64,000 nt of DNA, taken from contig OZ076409.1 in NCBI GenBank assembly GCA_964187785.1, positions 45,076,001-45,140,000 on the forward strand, given 5' to 3'. The position numbers and the translations under genes are program-made. Shown here piece after piece: positions 11,911-20,858 of this stretch. Source of the DNA: Amphiscolops sp. MND2022. Lineage: Eukaryota. The notes below the pieces were generated by a model. It was given only the letters and a program-made list of their open reading frames with translations, was not told the DNA's origin and did no database searches. Within the stretch, counting starts at the first letter, position 1. Each line of letters opens with the position of its first letter.

Positions 11911-12507
11911 TTATGACGTTTCAGAAGCATCAAATGAGAAATATAATCTACTAGAGCTAATACACCCGTAACCATGATCAAGAATGTCTAGTATTTTGTA
12001 CAAAGTTGAAGCAGAGGGGCCTTGGGACAGTCGCTGGAATCTTATAAGTGAAACAGTTGGTAAAACACAAGTTTGAGTACTTTTGTCTCGCCTGATTTGA
12101 ACCAGGGGAACTTTACGTCGAGCCTGGGTCAGCAACATTTTGTTCTCTTTCACGTTGTACTGCATCGCCATATGCAATCGTTTCATCACTTCTCCATGCA
12201 TTACGAAGCCGGAGCAGTCCGCTAACAAGAGACAAAAAGTTGAGTAGAGGCAAGGTACGTTGTAACTCTTCCTCTTCTCCGAATCACATTCAAAAAGAAC
12301 ATGGTAATGTGATGGTTTATCAAAACCACAGAGATGATCAGAAGTCGACGCATGAATACCGAACGCATAGTTTGATCCCGATGGAATATCCAGTCCAATC
12401 CTTGGTTCATTTTCAAGCACGAGGTACCGGAAATTTTTTCGATGCTGTTTGAAATAATCAGGATGTTGTTCGTGCTTTGCTTCAACCATGATTTTTTCAC
12501 AAACCAA
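11911..12507 (-). CDS. 198-aa hypothetical protein with an HUH-like motif (KPSHYHVLF); intact right-arm copy, first ATG at 12489
   Basis: Long open frame. H-x(14)-HYHVLF spacing recalls pMV158-type Rep 'PLHDKD...KKPHYHV'. No clear YxxK catalytic motif. Confidence 0.5.
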   Translation of the reverse strand: MVCEKIMVEAKHEQHPDYFKQHRKNFRYLVLENEPRIGLDIPSGSNYAFGIHASTSDHLCGFDKPSHYHVLFECDSEKRKSYNVPCLYSTFCLLLADCSGFVMHGEVMKRLHMAMQYNVKENKMLLTQARRKVPLVQIRRDKSTQTCVLPTVSLIRFQRLSQGPSASTLYKILDILDHGYGCISSSRLYFSFDASETS

Positions 12508-12859
12508 TGAATTTCTGAAACATTATCTATAGCGAATGCAACTGATTGAACAGAAACATGGCTGAACAATTCTACCACATGCAAATCGCGACTAAGATTA
12601 CAACCTTCAATTTGACTCAGTAGACGAACCAACACTAGTGATTTTTTGCTCGTTTTAAATCTTTGAATGAGGTGCAAATGTCAACTTGAAAACCCACCAC
12701 TTATCACTTTTCAAACATGTAGAGTAACGGTTTGTACTCCACCAATCTGTGAAGACGACTCAAAGTTTTCATGAATACAATTTTTTAGCCAGAATAGAGT
12801 GAACGGAAAACCAAATACAGCAATATGTAAAAAATCATGACTTCAGAAAGATTTAGAGA

Positions 12860-13222
12860 TTAGTTGTCTTTCATATCGTGGTCTCTTTGCTTTTTCTTCC
12901 CCGGCACATCCGGATTGATTTCTTTGACTCGCTTGTTTGGCTTCTCCCTCATTGCGTCTTCAGAGCTCACAGGTCCTAATCGTATATTCTCTGTATTTGC
13001 CATCAAAAGTTGAAATTCTTTAACAGTCAGTGCTACCCTTTGTTGCATACAAAAGTTGTCCCGATCATCTCTCCGTTTGAACAATTTTATTGTGATGTAA
13101 GTGCCGCCAGAACTTTGATACGTGTTTGTGGTGACTCGGATCAGCCTTTTTTCGGATGTAGCCACATCAACATATGCATCTCCGAATTCTCGATCTTTCA
13201 GCAATGTCGTACCAAAAATCAT
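12860..13222 (-). CDS. PC4/Sub1-like protein, 120 aa (right-arm mirror copy)
   Basis: Near-identical to 5062-5412; a 1-bp indel changes only the C-terminal tail. Confidence 0.55.
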   Translation of the reverse strand: MIFGTTLLKDREFGDAYVDVATSEKRLIRVTTNTYQSSGGTYITIKLFKRRDDRDNFCMQQRVALTVKEFQLLMANTENIRLGPVSSEDAMREKPNKRVKEINPDVPGKKKQRDHDMKDN

Positions 13223-16047
13223 GGTTGTATCACAGGTCGCAGGTTACTTTCAAAACGAGTATCTGAAAAATATCAAAAACTGTGATGTTGGAAACATAAG
13301 AACATCAGCGGAAAAAATTGCAGTCAGTGGAAAATGAAGTTTCGAAGGAAAATAAAACGAAAAAGATTTCAAATCGAACTTTAAACTAGAGTTCTGCTTT
13401 ATTGAAATATGGAACTGACAAAACTCAAGCAACTAAGTTTTTGACGGATATTATTCAATGAAACTATCAAGGCTCGTTATCAGTTCGAATCAAACCGCCT
13501 GAATATTGACCGTTGACTGCGTAGATGTGTTTACGAAGGCTCAGGTCTGGAGCGTCACGCTGAGAACACTTGAAACTGACTCCGCAACAATGAATGGTCA
13601 CTCTTCTTTTCTGTGTGCTGATTCATGTTTCAGCACGATTAAACATGATGAATGCAATTGTTAGACGTGAATTTTTCATATTTACATCTAACTCGTTCTC
13701 GATTCGCATCTAGCGTTGCTAGTGATCCAACATCGTGCTTTGTTATCCGAAAGAAGTGTCTGGAAAAGACTGTATAACTGTTTAATTCAACACATAACCA
13801 CCGTGAATAAATTGCTGAAAATAGATGAAGACAATCCAAACACTTGGATACCCAAAAACTATGTTTGACTGTGCGCAAGCATAAATAAAGAATATGCAGT
13901 GCATCTGCCACAATTGATACGATTCCACTTCCTATGATTGCATGTAACTGGGCCTATACAGGGTAAAAACAGTCGATTGTTCATAACTTACCAGGCTAAC
14001 ACCAGCCAAAAGTGTCAAGGATTGGGTTCGATTTTTAAAAAAGCATGTACGGTATTCATCTAAATCTTAATTTATCTCTCTATTCTATCTTTCTATCAGA
14101 CAGTCTGTCCATTCACACTGAGCGGGTACCGGCCGAAAGCGTCTAAAATTTAATGTACATGAGCATCAGCTGAATGTATACTTTCTAGGAATTTCTAGGA
14201 TGTAGTAGGCTAAAGCTATCCAAAAGTACCTAAAACTGTTTGAAGATGGGTATATAATAGACACATGCAGTGTATCGTTCAACACAGATCCAAACTAGCC
14301 AAAAAATTCTACGATTTGAAGTTGGTACGCATAGATTGGATTTATACAGTCCATCTTTCATCATATAGTAGGTTAACTTCAGTCGAACCTGTTCAAGACT
14401 GGAAATTCATGAGCATTTATAAGATAAAAGCAGTCTATGAGTCTATGTCGCAGTAGAAAGTAGGCCTTTGCCGGCCGCAATCGTCTAAAACTGGATATAT
14501 GTGACGCTATTTCGGTCAAAAGCTAACATTTTCAGCTTGTAGTTTGCTTTTGCTAGCCGGAACTGTCCTAAACTACATACGAGAGGTTTTGTAGGTTAAA
14601 TGCAGTCTGTCCTTCAATAAACAGTAGGCTAATCCTAGCCAATACTGTGTAAAAATGTTCATATACGGTAATACATAGGATAGTTGCAGTTTATCGCTCA
14701 GCATATAGGAGGTTGAAACGGTCAGAACCGTTTACGATTAGAGGTACCCGAACATATACTTGCTATATGCAGTCTATCGTTCAGTAAATAGTAGGTTAAA
14801 ACTCGTCGAAACTGTCCAAGTTTCGAAACTCATGAGCATTCATAAGAAAATGCAGTGAATCTTGCAGTAGAGAGTAGGCCTTTACCAGCCGCAACCATTC
14901 GAAAGTTGATACGTCAGAGGCTCTTTAGATCATTTGCCGTCTATTTTGAAGTAGATAGGAAGCCATTGCTAGCCTAAACTGTCTTGAACTGGAATTACAA
15001 GAGGCTCTGTGGAATATATAGTCTGTCTTCCAATAGACAAAAATCTAATGCTAGCCAAAACTGTTCAAAAATGTTCATATACGAGTATACATGTGACATC
15101 TGCTATCTATCGTTCAGCATGAAGCATGTTAGAACCAACCAAAATTTCATATGATTGGAAGTACCTAAGCATCTGTTGGGTATTTACAGTCCATCGTTCA
15201 GTAAATAGTACGTTTGAACAAGTCGAAACAGTCAAAGTTTCAAAAAATAAGAGTATTTATTAAAGAGCAGTGTATTTTTCAGTAGATATTGGGACATTAC
15301 ATCTGGAATTGTCTAAAATTGAATAAGAGTGACGCTACTCAGGTCAAAAGCAGTCTATTTTTCGGTATGTAGTAGGCTATTGCTAGCCGAAACCCTCCAA
15401 AATTGAAAATACGTGAGGCCTTGTTACATGCAGTCCGTGCAAAATTGAAAATACATGAGTCCTTGTTGGTTACATGCGGTCTATCTTCCAATAGATAGAA
15501 GGCTAATGCCAGCCAAAATTGTCCAGAATTGCTTGACGATGGATATACAAGAGACATTTGCAGTCTATCGTTCAGTATACAGTACTGACTAACCATGCAA
15601 AAGTGTGTGAGGTTGGTTATACACTAGCGTATACACATTTTGTGCAGTCTTTTTTTCAGTGTTTATAGGCTAACACGAAGAAAAAGTGTCTAAGATTAGA
15701 TATACAAGAAATTGTAGAGGGTTTAGGTAATCTCTTTCAATAAATAGAACGCTAAACTAGTCAAAAGTGTCCATGTTTGTATACACATGAGCTTATTTAG
15801 GGTGTATGCAGTCTATTTTCTGTGTATAGTAGACTAACATCATGCTAAAGGGTCTAAAATTGGGTATGCATTAGCGTATACACGATGTAGGTAGTCTCTC
15901 GTTCAGTATTCAACAGGCGAACACACTATGCAAAACTGTCTGAGATTAGATATACATGACAATGCAGAAGATATAGGTTCTCTTTCAAGATATAGATCGC
16001 TAACACTAGTCAAACGTGTCTGAGATTGGATATACATGAGCATATAC

Positions 16048-16740
16048 GGCGACGTATAACCAGGTCGAAAAAGTTTGGTCGAAAAAACTGAGGTCGAAAC
16101 TGGTCGAAAAATAATTGGGTCGAAATTGAATATGTAGCATTTTTTGATCGAACGATTAAGGTCGAACTGCTTTTCAAGATAGAATTTAGTCGAAAAAATT
16201 AACCAACAATCTTATTTAATCTAATTTCAGGTTTGGTTATGGGTGACCGCGGTCGTGAACACATCAAATGGCAGAGACTTTTAGTTTATATAATGTGGGG
16301 CATATGCGATGTATGCACGCTCGCCCTCACCGTCGCAAAGACCAGCTCCCACTACGATCGCTTCGCGATCTCCGTTCGCGCTAGGTCTTTGCTCCTGTTC
16401 GACCTCGCTTAGCAAGATGGGAATATAAGCGGCCCCAAGGGGCCGCGCGGCACTAGAGGAAATGGGGACATATCCGAGGCACGTTTTGTACTAAAAAAAA
16501 CCGCGTTAAAGTTCGTCCATTCTGCAAAAAATCGCATTTCTGAACGTTTTGACATTTTTTGAGCAATTCTGACCACTTTCTAGTTGTTCGACGCTTTTCC
16601 TATTTTTCTATTCGGTATATGTCCGTTTTTTGCAAACTTTCGACCATTTTCTTCGATCATTTTACTTCGATCAATTTCGTTCGATCACAGTTTCGCCCTT
16701 GCAATTCGACCGGATTATTTCGACCCGTTTCGTGTCACCC
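16048..16740. mobile_element. 693-bp MITE with 9-bp TSD (Mutator/MULE-like)
   Basis: TSD AGCATATAC at 16039-16047 and 16741-16749. The empty site is present in the left arm (~2216-2226). Imperfect TIRs carry GTCGAAA 16 nt in from each end, with many subterminal GTCGAA/TTCGA repeats. Confidence 0.85.
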
Positions 16741-17493
16741 AGCATATACAGGGTATATACAGTCTATCTTTTGGTATATAGTATGCTAAAACAAGTCAAA
16801 AGTGTCTGAGATTGGATATACATCAGCATATACCGAGCATAGAGTCTATCTTCCGGTATAAAGTATGCTAACAATTCAAAAGTGTCTAAGTCTGGTAATA
16901 CTTTGGCATATGTAAGCTATACGTAATCTCTTCCAAGATATAGAACCCTAACACTAGTCAAAAGCGGGTGAGATTGGATATAAATGAGCTTACACTGGGT
17001 ATAAACAGTCGATCTTCCAATTTATCGAAGGCTAAAAACATTCAAAAGTGTGTAAGACAGGTTATACATTGGTCTATGTAAGCCATACGTAATGTTTTTC
17101 AAGATATAGAACGCTAACACTAGCCAAAAATGTCTGATATTGGATATACATAAGCTAATACCGGATATATACAGTCTATCTTCCGGTATATAGTATGCTG
17201 ACAACATTCAAAAGTGTCTAAGACTGGTTATGAATTGGCACATGTAAGCTATAGGTAATCCCTTCCAAGAGATAGAACCCTAACACTAGTCAAAAGCGGG
17301 TGAGATTGGATATACATGAGCATATACTGGGTATATGCAATCGATCTTCTGTATATGTATCTTTGAAACGCAGTTTCATTTTTGAATTGGTGCAGAAATA
17401 CCTCCTACCCATTAATACATACTCAGCAAACTGATGTAAACGCCGCTACGAGCTCAGAACGCTTTATATGAAAGTATAAATCAAGCTATTTCA

Positions 17494-17573
17494 GCTCACC
17501 GTGGCCCAGTGGTAAGCCATCTGACTCCGACCCCACCGGCGCGAGTTCGAGCCTCACCAACCAAAATGTTTTT
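17494..17573 (+). ncRNA. Second (inner) copy of the tRNA-derived Pol III unit, right arm
   Basis: GTGGCCCAGTGGTAAGCCATCTGACTCCGACCCCACCGGCGCGAGTTCGAGCCTCACCAACCAAAATGTTTTT. Confidence 0.55.
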
Positions 17574-19054
17574 CTACTTTAATTTAGGACCCGACTACGT
17601 TGAAAACTACGTGTCTAAGATTGGTATACTTTGGCACATGTAAGCTATAGGTAATCTCTTTCAAGTTATAGAACGCTAACACTAGCCAAAAGTGTCTGAG
17701 ATTAGTTATACATCAGCATGTACTAGGTGTATACAGTCTATTTTTTGGTATATAGTATGCTAACAACAGTCAAAAGGTTCTATGACTTGTTATACATTGG
17801 CATATGTAAGCTATACGTAATCTCTTCCAAGCTATAGAACGCTAACACTAGTCAAAAGTGTCTGAGATTGGACATACAGGAGCATACACTGGGTATATAC
17901 AGTCTATCGCCCAATTTATCGAAGGCTAACAACATTCAAATGTGTCTAAGACTGGTAATACATTGGTCTTTGTAAGCCATACGTAATGTCTTTCGATATA
18001 GAACGCTAGCACTAGTCAAAAGTGTCTGATATTGGATATACAAAAGCTAATACCGGGTATATACAGTCTATCTTCCGCTATATAGTATGCTAGCAACATT
18101 CAAAAGTGTCTAAGATTGGTATACTTTGGCACATGTAAGCTATAGGTAATCTCTTTCAAGTTATAGAACGCTAACACTAGCCAAAAGTGCCTGGGATTAG
18201 TTATACATCAGCATGTACTAGGTGTATACAGTATCTTTTGGTATATAGTATGCTAACAACAGTCAAAAGTTTCTAAGACTGGTTATATATTGGCTTTTGT
18301 AAGATATACGTAATGTCTTTCAAGATATAGAACGCTAACACTAGTAAAATTTGTCTGAGATTCGATATACATGAGCTTACACTGGGTAAATACAGTCTAT
18401 CTTCCGATTTATCGAAGGCTAACAACATTCAAAGGTGTCGAAGATTGGTTATACATTGGCATATGTAAGCTATACGTAATCTCTTCCAAGCTATAGAACG
18501 CTAACACTAGTCAAAAGTGTCTGAGATTGGACATACAGGAGCATACACTGGTTATATACAGTCTCTCTTCCGCTATATAGTATGCTAGCAACATTCAAAA
18601 GTGTCTAAGATTGGTATACTTTGGCACATGTAAGCTATAGGTAATCTCTTTCAAGTTATAGAACGCTAACACTAGCCAAAAGTGCCTGGGATTAGTTATA
18701 CATCAGCATGTACTAGGTGTATACAGTATCTTTTGGTATATAGTATGCTAACAACAGTCAAAAGTTTCTAAGACTGGTTATATATTGGCTTTTGTAAGAT
18801 ATACGTAATGTCTTTCAAGATATAGAACGCTAACACTAGTAAAATTTGTCTGAGATTCGATATACATGAGCTTACACTGGGTAAATACAGTCTATCTTCC
18901 AATTTATCGAAGGCTAACAACATTCAAAGGTGTCGAAGACTGGTTATACATTGGCATATGTAAGCTATACGTAATCTCTTCCAAGCTATAGAACGCTAAC
19001 ACTAGTCAAAAGTGTCTGAGATTGGACATACAGGAGCATACACTGGTTATATAC

Positions 19055-19404
19055 GGGTGGCTGTAAATAGGTCGAATTTTTCTGGTCGAAAGGACAGAGG
19101 TCGAACCTTTTGATCGAATTGCAGGGATCGAAAGGAATGCGATCGAATTTTATCGTATTTGTTGTATGGCTCGGTCGCTTCGCTCCCTTCGCCAAGTAGC
19201 AACATTGAGGCATGACCATATGGCACGTCGCTCCGCTTCGCTTCGCTCCTGCATTCAGGGCACTAGGGGTATGTGAACATATCTGACTACGTTATAAAAA
19301 TTTCGATCTGAGTTGTTTCGATCCCATTCAAAAAATTTGGTATGTCGACCTGAGGACTAACTCTGATTTTCGATCCCGTTCCTTCGACCTACTTCCGCCC
19401 ACCC
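19055..19404. mobile_element. 350-bp MITE with 9-bp TSD (Mutator/MULE-like), related to 16048-16740
   Basis: TSD GTTATATAC at 19046-19054 and 19405-19413. Ends GGGTGG...CCACCC, with GTCGAA 16 nt in from each end. Confidence 0.85.
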
Positions 19405-19734
19405 GTTATATACAGTCTCTCTTCCGCTATATAGTATGCTAACAACATTCAAAAGTGTCTAAGTCTGGTAATACTTTGGCATATGTAAGCTATACGTGAT
19501 CCCTTCCAAGAGATAGAACCCTAACACTAGTCAAAAGCGGGTGAGATTGGATATACATGAGCATATACTGGGTATATGCAATCGATCTTCTGTATATGTA
19601 TCTTTGAAACGCAGTTTCATTTTTAAATTGGTGCAGAAATACCTCCTACCCATTAATACATACTCAGCAAACTGATGTAAACGCCGCTACGAGCTCAGAA
19701 CGCTTTATATGAAAGTATAAATCAAGCTATTTCA

Positions 19735-19814
19735 GCTCACCGTGGCCCAGTGGTAAGCCATCTGACTCCGACCCCACCGGTGCGAGTTCGAGCCCCACCA
19801 ACCAAAATGTTTTT
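19735..19814 (+). ncRNA. tRNA-derived Pol III unit (A box, B box, T-run terminator) in the right terminus
   Basis: A box TGGCCCAGTGG at 19743-19753, B box GTTCGAGCC at 19786-19794, TTTTT at 19810-19814. TCTGACTCCGA resembles the tRNA-Trp anticodon arm. No acceptor stem can form, so it is not a functional tRNA. Confidence 0.6.
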
Positions 19815-19876
19815 CTACTTTAATTTAGGACCCGACTACGCTGAAAACTCAAGGCATACACACCACCACTACTCAC

Positions 19877-19949
19877 GCGTTCGTGGTCTAGTGGTAAGAT
19901 GCTTGCTTTTCAACCCAGAGGTTTCGTGTTCGAACCCGTGGGTATGCGC
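19877..19949 (+). other. tRNA-Gly-like degenerate sequence at the insertion site, heading an AT-rich interspersed repeat body (to ~20450)
   Basis: GCGTTCGTGGTCTAGTGGTAAGATG...GTGTTCGAACCC has A and B boxes and a 5' end resembling tRNA-Gly(TCC). It is followed by TTTTCGGCACTATGAGACT motifs shared with the HINE-like family, including an 18-bp tandem repeat at ~20002-20062. Confidence 0.55.
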
Positions 19950-20858
19950 TAATTTTTTTACAAGTATTCCGAAGCAGAAGGTTCTGACTTTTTTCGGCAC
20001 TATGAGACTTTTCGGCTTTGTGAGACTTTTCGGCTTTGTGAGACTTTTCGGCTTTGTGAGACTTTTTTTTCGAAATTTTTTAAATGTCCCCAAAGAGTCC
20101 TCCTCTCAATTTTTTTTGATATTTTGCAAGAGAACGAATGTTAAAAAATCCCGAAGGGTCCCTTTTTTCAGAATTTTCGGCACTATGAGACTGTTCAAAA
20201 TTCTAATTTTTTTTCAAAAAGTTTTCAGACTCCCTTATTTTTTTCAAAATTTTTTTAATGTCCCCAAAGCGTCCTCCTTTCAATTTTTTGATATCTTGCA
20301 ACAGAACGAATGTTATAAAATCCTAAAGGGTCCCTTTTTCACATTTTTCGGCACTATGCGACTTAGCGGAAACTTCAAAAAAATTCGAAAAAAAAGTTCG
20401 GAGAATTTTTTCTCAATTTTTAGTTTTAAAAGACCGTTTTTTTAAAGACCGATCTTTTTTCTAGAAAAAAAAATATATATACCACATGGATATTTGATTT
20501 TGCTCCATCGCCAGGGTGGTCACTACTACTACCACTCGGGGTAGGCATTGATGAGACTCAAGCGCACGACACGTGTCGCTGAGAATAATCTGGGATAAAT
20601 TGAAACTGGGAAAATCAAACCCCGGTTTCAGTACGCGCGGTCCTTATAAGAAAGAGAGGGAAAGAAAAAAAAATTGGGAATGACTTTCAAATTCTTTGAC
20701 ACACGAAAACTAAGCGAAAAGAGATGAACCTTTGTCAAATCAATTTATTATGATCAAAGTGATTGGTTGCTGTATATACAATGTATATGAGTGTATGTTG
20801 TTTTTCAGATGGGTGATTTTGAATAATTTTACGAGGGTCACAATAGAATTGGCTGTCG

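Larger units (their letters stand above)
13930..19590 (-). repeat. Mirror copy of the 166-bp satellite array in the right arm (expanded)
   Basis: CTAACACTAGTCAAAAGTGTCTGAGATTGG recurs throughout. The outer array 17614-19590 is ~650 bp longer than its left-arm counterpart once the MITE is removed. Confidence 0.85.
109..19873. mobile_element. Giant palindromic non-autonomous element with Polinton/Maverick-type termini
   Basis: Begins AGTAGTGGTGGTGTGTATGCC at 109 and ends GGCATACACACCACCACTACT at 19873. Flanked by the 6-bp direct repeat CACGCG (103-108, 19874-19879). ORFs in 2688-8137 are mirrored on the opposite strand in 10130-15596. An adenain-like protease remnant lies in the centre. AG...CT ends with a 6-bp TSD are Polinton hallmarks. 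Confidence 0.85.
10087..19873 (-). repeat. Right arm of the giant inverted repeat (longer: two MITE insertions plus ~4 extra satellite monomers)
   Basis: Mirror ORF pairs are 5062-5412/12860-13222, 5776-6195/11911-12507, 4373-4645/13639-13911 and 2688-2945/15339-15596, with only scattered substitutions and indels. Confidence 0.93.

Noticed and set aside
109..19873. Whole palindrome as an assembly or read fold-back artefact
   Set aside because: The arms differ by substitutions, two TSD-flanked insertions and satellite copy number, and the ends are flanked by a 6-bp TSD.
19735..19949. Functional tRNA genes
   Set aside because: A and B boxes are present but the acceptor and anticodon stems do not pair properly; treated as tRNA-derived.
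19750..20445. 231-aa ORF
   Set aside because: It spans the TIR, TSD and a T-rich repeat; Phe-rich low complexity from an 18-bp tandem repeat; not a credible gene.
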